A DNA stretch of 64,000 bases from Octopus vulgaris (Eukaryota). The stretch lies in the NCBI GenBank assembly GCA_951406725.2, contig OX597818.1:28210001-28274000 (forward strand), in the 5' to 3' direction. The notes beneath the pieces were generated by a model. It was not told where the DNA came from and did not search any database. It worked only from the letters and a program-made list of their open reading frames with translations. Below, piece after piece: positions 1 to 11,258 of this stretch; positions within the stretch are counted from its first letter, which is position 1, and the number at the start of each line of letters is the position of its first letter. Position numbers and translations under genes: made by a program.

Positions 1-544
1 AAGAAGGCTTGATGGTGATGATGATACTTGCAAAAACAATGAAAAGAAGGAACAGGACTTAGCTGATATTTTTCATCCTGCGTATTGGCTAAGCCTGTGG
101 AAGCGAGTGAAGGCGAGATATATATACAGAGAGAGAGAGAGACAGTGATAACAGAGGGAGAAACCGACACCACATAGCGAGAGAGAGAGAGCGAGAGAGA
201 GAGAGAGAGAGACATAGTGATAACAGAGGGACAAAACGACACCGCGCAATGGGAGAAGATGAGATTTTTAGGCGGCAGAAAGAAAGACAGGATTTGAGAT
301 GGAATGCTTTGCGATCGTGTGCATAAGTTTCTATGAGTGGAAGTTGGGAAAAGATGGGTTAGAGAATTTAGCGACAGAAAGAAAGACCAAATTTGAGACG
401 AGATGTTTTTGCGAAGTTTTTGTAAATGAAAGTTTATATGCTTCAGCTAGCATTTGAGACGAAAGACAACGATAACGCCAATATATGGGGAAACAATAAT
501 AATAAGAAGGCTTGATGGTGATGATGATACTTGCAAAAACAATG
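1..544. repeat. 41-bp direct repeat (1-41, 504-544) flanking a GA-rich, CpG-containing unit of ~503 bp
   Basis: aagaaggcttgatggtgatgatgatacttgcaaaaacaatg occurs twice; internal repeat gaga..gtgataacagaggga. Confidence 0.7.
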
Positions 545-767
545 TATATATATATATATATGTATGTATGCATAGTTATGTATATATGTGTTTGTGTATG
601 TGTGAGTTTGTCTAGTTGGTCTGTATTCTCGTAGTTTCAGTACAATACAAAATATTTTAAATATTATTTATAGCCATGAATTATAATCATTATTTTTTAA
701 AAACATGGATGATGCTATATTAACATTTCAAAGAAACCTGATGTAGTGTATTTTTTTTTTTTTTTTC

Positions 768-1150
768 TCTTTTACTTGTTTCAGTCATTTGACTGCGGCC
801 ATGCTGGAGCACCGCCTTTTAGTCGAGCAACTCGACCCCGGGACTTATTCTTTTTATAAGCCCAGTACTTATTCTATCGGTCTCTTTTTGCCGAACCGCT
901 AAGTGACAGGGACGTAAACACACCAGCATCGGTTGTCAAACAATGCTAGGGGGACAAACACAGACACACAAACACGCATATATACATATATACGACAGGC
1001 TTCTTTCAGTTTCCGTCTACCAAATCCACTCACAAGGCATTGGTCGGCCCGGGGCTATAGCAGAAGACACTTGCCCAAGATGCCAAGCAGTGGGACTGAA
1101 CCCGGAACCATGTGGTTGGTTAGCAAGCTACTTACCACACAGCCACTCCT
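768..1150 (-). mobile_element. tRNA-derived SINE (Octopus-type)
   Basis: Minus-strand head aggagtggctgtgtggtaagtagc...ggttccgggttcagtccc (A/B-box-like); related copies at 15795, 25510 and 44376. Confidence 0.85.
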
Positions 1151-1409
1151 GTATATAAGCAATTCTTTAAAAAAAGCTTTGTACTGACTTTAATGGTTTC
1201 CTTTTCCAAACTGTTAATTTCCACGGATATGAACAAACCCAACAAGAATGTGTGTGTCTTTGTGTTCAGGTCCCACCACCACTTGTTGGTTTGTTCAAAT
1301 CTGTGGAACTTAACAGTTTGGAAAAGAAACCATTAAAGTCAGTACAAAGCTATATATATATATATATATATATACATATATATGTACATTCATACATACA
1401 TACATTTAT

Positions 1410-2007
1410 CCAGACAGATGATACAAAAAGGGACAAGAAAAAACAAGGATGACTCATTTGAAGTTTTCTTTCATCAGTCAAGATCTAGATTATCTTTGCA
1501 GTTTCAGCTGGTTATACTCGAAACTGCTCCAATTTGGCCTGCCCTAGGGGAAATCTAAGCTAAGAGCACTAAATTCCTTGGAAGCAAGCAGCAAATATAT
1601 ACAAAAACAAGGACAGAAAAAAATGGAGAAATGGTACACAATTACAAATGCAAACAACAGGACATTAACAACAGGTGTCTTTCAACTAAGAATGAATTAA
1701 ATTAAGCTGGTGTGTGTGGAAGTGAAGCCTTATGGCAGGGACATAAGAGATGACAGACCTGAGAAGGAATATAGATGTTGCACAGATGGTAGTTGAACCA
1801 AGAAAGAAAGGTCAGGCTTGGCTGAACACTGGTCACGTGGAGGCAGAGGGATAGAAGAATTAGGGAGGGATGAAAAGAAAAGAAAAGGGACAGAGTGAAA
1901 TGAAAGAGGAGGGAAGATGAGAAGGAAGGGAAGGCCGGGAAATGTGAGAGAGGGGGAGCAAAAGAAAGGAGAGTGGAAAGAATGAAGTGTGAAGAGAGTC
2001 ATACAAA

Positions 2008-2038
<31 letters not shown>

Positions 2039-2049
2039 CGTACACCTTG

Positions 2050-2095
<46 letters not shown>

Positions 2096-3034
2096 AAACC
2101 AAGGTGTACGTATGCTGCTATATGTATATAAAAAAGAATACAAGAAATGGGACAAGAATGCACAGGTGACAACAAGACATCCAGACAGTTAGATGATACA
2201 AAAAGGGACAAGAAAAAACAAGGATGAATCATTTGAATCATTCTTTTTTACATATATATAGTGGCGTATGTACACTTTGGTCCCTTATATATATATTTTG
2301 TACGACTCTCTTATTCTTTTATTCTTTCTTTCTTTCAGCCCTTCACACTTACTTCATTCTTTCTACTCTTCTTTCTTTCGCTCCCCCTTTCTCAAATTTC
2401 CTGGCCTTCTCTTTGTTCTCACCTTCCCTCCTATTTCACTTCACTCTGTCCCTTTTCTTTTTTTCTCGTCCCTCCTTAATTCTTCTATCCCTCTGCCTCT
2501 AACTCTCTCCTCTCCTTCCATGTGACCGATGCTCAGCCAAGCCTGACTTTTCTTTCTTGGATCGACGACCATCCATACAACATCTATATTCCTTCCCATG
2601 CCTGTCAACTCTTATGTCCTCTTATGTCACTTTCACACACACCAGCTTAATTTAATTCGTCCTTAGTTCAAAGACACCTGTTGTTAATGTCCTGTTGTTT
2701 GCATTTGTATTTGTGTACCATTTCTCCGTTTTTTTCTGTCTTTGTTTTTGTATACATTTGGTGCTTTCTTCCAAGGAATCTAGTGCTCTTAGCTTAGATT
2801 TTCCTTGGGGCTGGCCGAATTGGACCAGTCTCAAGTATAACCAGCCAAAACTGCAAAGATAATCTGGATCTTGACTGATGAAAGAAAATGTAGAATGACC
2901 CGTCCTTGTTTTTTCTTGTCCCTTTTTGTATCATCTAACTCTCTGGATGCCTTGTGGTCACCTGTTGAGTTATTATCCCATTCTTTGTATTCTTTTTTTA
3001 TATACATATAGTGGTGCACGTACACTTTGGTCTC

Positions 3035-3074
<40 letters not shown>

Positions 3075-3222
3075 GTGTGTATGTATGACAAGTTTCCTTC
3101 AGTTTCACTGTACCAAATCCACTCTCAAAGCCCAGAGCTATACTAGAATAGTGCTCTTAGCTTAGATTTCCCTTGGGGCTGGCCAGATTGGAGCAGTCTT
3201 CAGTATAACCAGCTGAAACTGT
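1410..3222. mobile_element. Two inverted partial-tandem copies of a ~750-775 bp non-coding element (Penelope pseudo-LTR-like)
   Basis: gatgatacaaaaagggacaagaaaaaacaagga at 1417 and 2192, reverse complement near 2905-2935; 1412-2010 mirrors 2295-2935; fragment at 3150-3222. Confidence 0.6.
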
Positions 3223-3904
3223 CTAGATGTCTTATTGCCATGCACAGTAGGACTGAACTCAGAACCAGGTGTTTGGAGAGTAAACTTCTTACTGCACCAG
3301 AAAACCTTTGAAAATGTTAAAATTTCATAACATGTACAAGAGACTTCTTGTAGACATTCCTAATTAACTTTGATATTTTACCTTTTTTTGAGCCTTACAC
3401 TTAATAATGCAGTTTATAAGTATATATGCTGTAAGTTTTATTTATACAGATAAACCAAATAATTATATAATTAATATTGAATACAAATGTATTTCTGTAA
3501 ACTTATTTGTGAATAGCTTCTCTTAATGGTAACATGCCCTCCTTTAAATATCAATAAGATATTGATGTGACAGAAATAGTACAATACTGTACTAATATTG
3601 ACAGAATGAAATTTAGTGTCAGTATATTCTGAGATTATATCACAATGAAGTAAATATTGTCCAATCAGTACTACTTTTACATAATTATTAGCATCTTGCT
3701 CATAGAAAAGAATTTTGAGTGCTATTTACTGAGGAACCCTCTTTCCAGACATTCATATTGAAATGGCATATTAACCCAAATTACTCTTTGTTTCCTCTTG
3801 TTTATTCCAAATAGATTTATTAGGCAATACATAATAAATTTATCAGGCAATACATTTCAGTAAAAATATAATTATGCCAATTTTTTAAATGTATTTTTTT
3901 GAAG

Positions 3905-3964
3905 CTGTGGAAGTACAATATGGTGAAGTAAGTGAGCACATTTATATAGAAATGAAAAAACGAG
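3905..3964 (+). CDS. Candidate 60-nt symmetric phase-1 micro-exon, (A)VEVQYGEVSEHIYIEMKKR
   Basis: Acceptor tttttttgaag|CT, donor CGAG|gtaagt, length divisible by 3, open frame with two Tyr motifs. Confidence 0.55.
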
Positions 3965-4086
3965 GTAAGTACAAATGATACTCTTAGCAGACATCATGAT
4001 CCTAGAAATTATCTTCAATGAACTATAAAGCTAACTATTATGAAATATACTATTCTCTAAATTTATCTGTTATTATGTGTGTATAC

Positions 4087-4126
<40 letters not shown>

Positions 4127-4128
<2 letters not shown>

Positions 4129-7100
4129 AATGAGGGAGTGGTGTTTCCACATAGGAAAACGATGTAGGAAAATGTGTTGTTGAAAATGCACTTAAATTTC
4201 AAAAGGTCGTAAATGTTTAAAATACATTTATTTACATATATACCAAACTAGTTTCAACAATATTTTTTGTTTCATCATCATCATCATCATCGTTTAACGT
4301 CCGTTTTCCGCGCTAGCACGGGTTGGACGGTTCGACCGGGGTCTGGGAAGCCAGGGGCCGCTCCAGGCTCCAGTCTGATTTGGCAGAGTTTCTACGGCTG
4401 GATGCCCTTCCTAACGCCAACCACTCCGTGAGTGGATTGGGTGCTTTTTACGTGCCACCTGCACAGGGGCCGGGGGGTCCGGCATTGGTCGCGATCGGTT
4501 CGAGCTTTTAACGTGCCAGCGGCACGGGGGCAACTGGGTCCGGGGTACTTTGGGGATCCGGGGTACTTTGGGGATCCGGGGTACTTTGGGAATCCGGGGT
4601 ACTTTGAATGGGTAGGGGGTATGTGGAATTGCTGCAGAAAGCAGTCCGGGTCTTTGCAGTCACAGCATATCTCCAGAGATCTCGGTCTTTCGCCATTGCC
4701 TCAGTGAGGCCCAATGCTCTGAGGTCATGCTTGACTACCTCATCCCATGTCTTCCTGGGTCTACCTCTCCCCCTGATACCTTCAACTGTTTGGGAGTGGC
4801 ACTTCTTCACACATCTCTCTTCATCCATCCGCAGCACATGACCACACCATCGCAAGCGTCGCTCTTGCACACCACATCTGATGCTTCTTATATCCAGCAT
4901 TTCTCTTAGGATGCTTACACTCTGTCTTGCGTGCACACTGACACTACACATCCAGCGGATCATGCTAGCTTCATTTCTTTCAAGTCTACGCATGTCCTCT
5001 GCAGTCACTGCCCATGTTTCATTACCGTGAAGCATGGCAGTTCGCACACATGCATCATACAATCTACCTTTCGCTCTGAGGGAGAGACCTTTTGTTGCCA
5101 GTAGGGGTAGGTGTAAAATTAGAAAAACATCGTTATAAGTTTAAATGTTGATAAATTATCATGTTCAAAACAGAAGGTGTAAGTTTGAAATTATAACTGT
5201 ATATTAATTTGTTAGAATGTACAAGGTTCATTAATTTTAGTGGTGGTCGACAAGTTATACTGTGAAAAACAAGTATGAGAATTAAAATAGTAAAACAAGG
5301 GAAATTTGGTTTATGGTTTATCAGATCTTCTTTAAACAGTCACTTTCGCTTGTAATGGTATGTTTAGGGAAAGATGTATTTATAATTTTTTTCTGTGAGC
5401 AGATCTGATTTTGATTTGTTAAAAAATTGATGACGTTTTTCGTCCCTGGTCAAGCTTGTCATTCTGCTTGGTTGGTTTCCATGTGGATACGGTTATAAGT
5501 CGTTCTGGTTGGATGGTTCTCATAAAGGGTCTTTTCGTTGTATTCACTGGAGTTCGGTTTTGATTGGTTTGGAATTATGTGACATCAGCAACTGGTGCTT
5601 GTGAAATTTCATTGGACTGGAGGTGGGTGATGTCAGCATCTTGTGTTTGTGTGGTGATTTGGAGCTGCAATTTCAAAACCCTGGTGGAAGATTGTTGCTA
5701 AAATTTTATTGTTTTTTGTGTTGAACTTGGGTGCTTTTTCTTCTTTCTAAAGGATATTTAGCTTTGATTTATATTTTTTAATCAGTATGTTTTCCTTATT
5801 TAAACAGAATTGGGTTGAAGTGTTTCCAGTGCATTGATAGAGAGGGAAGATTTGGTATTTAGGGTTTTTGTCTACGGGTCTGGTTAATGGGAGTTTTCCA
5901 AGTGGTGAGGTCCCAGATTTGTTGTCTGTACACCGTAAGTCTATCCCTCAAAGTTAAGCTTCTTTGACCATTTTAGTCTCCACCACAACCTCCACATTTA
6001 AGAACATAGATTAAATTCTTTAAAGCACAGGTGAAGTCATGTTTTATTGTAAAAGTTAGACTTGACTTAAATTTGTATGTTGAACCTTCTAAGGGAAAGG
6101 TGCAAATTCCGCAGTTAGGGCGGTTGCATTTTTTGACTTGTGGCGTTGTATTTTTGATGGGTAAATTGGTGCTGGTGAGTAATTTTTTTAGTGATAGTGG
6201 TTGTCTCTTACTTTTAATAATCCTATGTGTTTCTAGTGCCTTTTTCATTCGTGGGTCCTTCTTAAAGATGGGTATGTTTTGGTGGATGATGTTATATGCT
6301 TCCTGGTCCTTGGATTGTGTGCTGATATGTAAGATAGAGTTTTAAGTGTGTCATGGTGTTTTCTTGTTTTCCATAACTCTTAGATGTCTATCATTTTTGC
6401 ATGTTCTATTCCATTTTTGATTAGACTCATCAGGTATTTTCTATCTAGTAATGAGGTTTTAAGTTCTTGGAGTCGCTTTTTTCAGGTTTCGGGATTTGAT
6501 ACAGGGTGGCAAGAGGAGAATAGAAGATATTGTTTTGAGTTTGTTGGTTTGAAGAAGATGTCGGTTTCAATCTCAGTATCTCTCTTTATTATTAAGATAT
6601 CCAGGAAGAGTAGTTGTTGGTGGTTGTATTCCATAGTGAGTTGGATATTGTGGTTAATGCTGTTGATTAAGTCATCTAGGTAGTGTTTCCAGTTGGTAAG
6701 TAAGTATTTTTGGAAGTTTCCCCAAATTTTAATCTAGTGTGTTCATATATTTGGACTTCCAAGTTTGCTATGACAAGGTTGGCAAAATAAGCGCTACCCT
6801 CGTTCCCATCGCCATGCCCAATTTTTCTTCTATAAGTGTTATCATTGAAATTGAAAAAGTTGTTCTCTAGAATGAACCTTATTCCTTCAACGATGAATTC
6901 TTTTCTGATTCTGTCAGGAATGTCATTTGGGAAGTTTTCCAGCCAGTATTGTATGGCTATTATTCCGTATTTGTGAGGAATCGAGGTGTAGAGGTTTATT
7001 ACATCGAATGAAACCAGGAGGGAGTCTTTGCTGGTTTTGTTCAGGAGATGGTTTAAAAAGTCCAGATCATCCCGTATAAAGCTCAGTATATGTTGGAGAA

Positions 7101-7840
7101 TAGGTTTGAAGAGTACGTCACAAGAGGGACCAGCCACAATTGGTCTCATTTTGAGATCTCTCAGGTGTGGAATATTTATGACTTTAGAGGTTGACTTGTT
7201 ACAGGCTTCATTTATGGCCTTACTTTTGTGGATTTTGTGAAGTCCATAGAAGTTACTGGTTTTGCAGTCAAATCTAATCAAGTAGTCTGTCTCCTTTTGT
7301 GTTAAACCTTGTTGGAATTGTTGGATAAGGTAAACAGTTTGGTCATTATCTTGGATTGACTGTAGTTGTTGATTTTTTTCATAGTAGGTATTGTCTTGAA
7401 GGAGGGTTAGGGTAGTATTTATGTATTTTTGTGAGTCCATGATAACTACAGAGCTCCCTGTAAACAACATTAAATACATAAACAAATTAGTTAAATATGC
7501 AAACAACAAGAGAAAAATGGAAAAGAGTACAAGTAATACACAGAACGACCCTTCATCAGTTATTGACTGTCTATCCACTCCTCATTTCGGGCAAACAATG
7601 ATGATATGAGTCTTCAAAGACAGTTGCTCCCATAAATACCAAAATAAAGTTTGGATTTATGGAGAATCAAAGTTGGAAACAGAAACAGGATAGTGTAGAC
7701 ATACAAGGAAAGCAAACATGGAGGATTGTTAGACAAGAACAAGAGGAAAATAGTGAACACTGAGAGGAATATTTTCTTTGAAGAGAGAAAAGATATATAT
7801 ATGTATGTATCTATATACACACATATATATATACATATAT
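4127..7840 (-). mobile_element. Penelope-like retroelement (RT + GIY-YIG), degraded, with nested RTE
   Basis: ORF 6676-7578 has FYGLHKIHK, RPIVAG, SFDVINLYTSIPH; ORF 5973-6248 has CNRPNCGIC...TCALKNLIYVLKCGGC leading into GIY-YIG. Confidence 0.85.
4273..5110 (-). mobile_element. 5'-truncated RTE-clade LINE, 3' end with (CAT)n tail
   Basis: ORF 4508-5062 YDACVRTAMLHGNETW...RLRWCGHVLRMDE..GRPRKTW; 18-bp tandem repeat (about 4 copies) at 4539-4606 near its 3' end. Confidence 0.9.
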
Positions 7841-8881
7841 ATATATGTATATGATGGAAGTTAAAACTTGAAATTGTTAAAATTTCATTGCATATATACA
7901 ATATACTTCTTGCAGACATTCAAATGAAACACTGATATTTTACCCTCTTATTAATCCTTACCCTTATTAATGCATTTAATAAGCATATGTTTTGTAAGCT
8001 TTATTTATACAAATAAGCCAAATAATTGTATGACTAATATTCAATTCAGTAAATATTTGCCTGTGCATGAGACACAAAGTATTGAAGAGATTTGCAATTG
8101 TGAATGTTATCAGCTGTTGTTGTTGAGTATCCAAAATCACTTCTGCTTATGGATAACTCTAGCAAGAAAGTAATCTTGGGAAGACTCTTATTGCTGGAAA
8201 CATATTTGAGAATGATTTCTCATAATGGTAACATTACCATCTTTAAATATCTGTAAAATGTTGAAGTGACAGAAATAGTACAATGCTGTTCTAAATATTA
8301 GTAGAATCGAATTTAATCTTAATACAGTCTGTGATCAAATCCTATTGAAGTAAATTTTGTTCAGTTAGCTCTTCAATAAGCACTACATTTATATTATTAG
8401 CATTTTACTTGTAGAATTCAATTTTTGTGCCACTTTACTGAGGAAGCCTCTTCTCAAACATTAATTTTAAATGACATATTAACCAAAATTACTCTTTGTT
8501 TCCTCTTGTTCATACCAAAAAGTATTTATTAGACTATACTTTTCTTTTTCAAATATGTGAATGAGAGGATGATGAAAATATACTGAACATGGACTTTGAT
8601 TGGATTTAAATATTACTTGTTTCTAAATATATGTTTCTATATAATATATATATAGTATATATTTCAAGGATATACATCCACACTAGGGATTAATTAATTC
8701 AAGAATATCATATCCTCATTAGGGATTAATAAATCAAAAATTTCACTGGTTTAATCTCCATTGCTTTAGAAGATAGTTTCTATGCTGTGCTATGGATTAT
8801 TATAGATAAAGTTAATAATATAAGAAAATAGAGAGTTTTAGATGTATATTTAATTTATTTGCATAATAGTTTGTTTTTAAG

Positions 8882-8951
8882 GTATAAATACAAATAAATT
8901 CAATAGAAGACTCAAAACAAAACCTACATATGTTTCAATTCTAGCTCCTCG
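8882..8951 (+). other. Candidate (possibly decayed) 70-nt micro-exon, INTNKFNRRLKTKPTYVSILAP
   Basis: ttgtttttaag| acceptor and CG|gtaatg donor at the cassette position of the 3905 exon; length is not a multiple of 3. Confidence 0.3.
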
Positions 8952-9249
8952 GTAATGCCTTACTCAAACATTTGGGTTAAATCCAATGTTAAGAATTTAA
9001 GTTGTAAGAGGTAGAATCTCTTCAGCGTTTTGTTTTAATAATAACGAAGTTTACATCTCGCTTATAGGAATTCTAATTCATAACTATCATGAAATATGTC
9101 ACCCTCTAACTTTTATCTGTTAATATGTGTATATGAGTGAGTTTGAGTCTATATCATTAGTGTTTATTATGGTAGTATCAGCACAATACTAACATAATAT
9201 AAATGTTATTAATAGCCATGCTATTTGTTCTTTTTTTAATTTATTAAAG

Positions 9250-9291
9250 ACATGGATGTTGATTACGTTAATGTTCCAAAGAATCCTGGAG
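9250..9291 (+). CDS. Candidate 42-nt symmetric phase-1 micro-exon, (D)MDVDYVNVPKNPG
   Basis: T-rich tract..ttattaaag|AC acceptor, GAG|gtaagt donor; decayed paralogue at ~703-743. Confidence 0.55.
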
Positions 9292-10814
9292 GTAAGTATA
9301 TAAGCAATTTAACAGAAATTACATTCATTAGAGCAAGAGTTAGCAAATATTTTAGTTTTTTCTTTCTATGAGTAGAATATGCAGCTTAATATATATGTAT
9401 GACAGAAATTAAAATTTGAAAATGTTAAAATTCATTGCATATACAATAAACTTTTTATGAACATTTATATGTAACTCTGATATTTTACCCTTTTATTAAT
9501 CCTTACCCTTAAGAATGCCCTTCATAAGCATATATTTTATAAGCTTTATTTATTAAAATAAACCAAATAATTATATGATGAATATAGGATTCAGTAGATT
9601 TTTGTGTAGACATGAGACACAAAGTATCATAGAGATTTGCAATGGTGTACATGATCAGCTGTTGCTGTTGAGTATCTGAAATCACTCCTGATTAGCAAGA
9701 AAGTAATCTAACAAAGAATCTTATGTCTGTACACAAAATTAGTAGGCACCCATTGGACTCTAGAGTCCATAAATCAATTGAAAATTACATTAAAATGATA
9801 AATCTGAAGTGAAGAACAAGTACATAGTGCAGGTAGTTAATTGACTAACAAAAAAAACCGAACATTCCCAAATATGATAAAATCTGTTTTGCCACACAAT
9901 TTCACATCAGTAATCCTGTGAAATAAATATATAAACGTATTTCTGTAAACATATTTTCTGAATGACTTCTCTTAATGGTAACATCACTAACTTTAAATAT
10001 CAATAGAATATTAAAGTGACAGAAATAATATAATACTGTATTAAATATTGACAGAACTAAATTTAGTGTTAGTACATTCTGAGATTATATCCCAGTGAAG
10101 TAAATTTTGTTCACTCAGCCTCTCAATAAGTACAACTTTTACACATAATTATTTGAATTTTACTCATAGAATAGAATTTTGGGTGTCACTTTACTGAGGA
10201 GTCCTCTTTCCAAACCCTAACTTTGAAATGACATATTAACTAAAATTACTCTTTGTTTCCTCTTGTTCATACCAATTAAATTTATTAGACAATACTCTTC
10301 TTTTTCACAATACATGAATAAGAGAATGACAAACATAACCGTACATTGACTTTGATTGGATTTAAATATTTTTTGTTTCTTAATACATGTTTCTATATAG
10401 CGCGTATATGTATATAACATAATATAATATAATAGTAACAACAATAATCTCTGGATTCATTTTATAAACATCTAATGCGTTGCTGCATGCATTTTGACAA
10501 ATCATGTCTCTTAAGATCACAGTCCATATTCCTGGGATGAATACAGTGTACTTCATGGGCATCGTGCTGATCATCTTCATGGATTCATTTCATCAGGCGA
10601 TATAAGATTAATGGATATACAACAGAGTCATGCTTATCCCTTTTGACGAGTATGAAGGTTGATTGAGTTATGTGGGTATTTCTGTGTGTATTTGGTGGGT
10701 AGAAGGGGAAGGTGATGAAAAGAGAGGAAAGAATGATAGCTATATGGGGATGGAGGTGTATGTGGTGAAGCTGAACTTATTTTGCTCTTCATTCAGCAGC
10801 TGTCAAGATTGAGT

Positions 10815-11258
10815 AGTACATTTTTTAAAAATCTCATTTAAGGCATGACTCTCTTCAGTGAATTCTGAAGTCAGCAGTTCATCCAGTACTGCCACTGCAG
10901 CCATCAGCTGATGGGATTTATTGACTGAATTGATAAATGATACATTCTGAGGGTGATCTTTTCATTGTTTCTGGTGGTATAGTGTATAGCATCTTAAATA
11001 TTGGTTTGTTTGTTTCTTTGATTGCATTCCTTCCTTGGTCTATAATGTGCTAAGGGCAGTTGATGTTATTTCATTTCAAAATGCTTTTTCAAACTCCAAA
11101 AACGATATTTTGCTTTTATGTTTACATGATATGATGATCTCAGAATGCCTATTTATCACATTTTTCCCTGGCTGCAGTGGCAGTACTGGATGAACTCTTC
11201 ACAATTCATTGAAGAGTGGCATGCCTTAAATGAGATTAAAAAAATAAAAGAATGTACT
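10815..11258. repeat. ~90-bp imperfect inverted repeat with ~265-bp spacer
   Basis: 10815-10903 (..agttcatccagtactgccactgcagcca) mirrors 11169-11258 (tggctgcagtggcagtactggatgaact..). Confidence 0.85.

Noticed and set aside
4539-4606. CRISPR-like short repeats
   Set aside because: Contiguous 18-bp tandem units without spacers inside an RTE; eukaryotic context with no cas genes
9793-9836. Additional micro-exon ending GCAG|gtagtt in the third cassette
   Set aside because: No AG acceptor with pyrimidine tract and frame not symmetric
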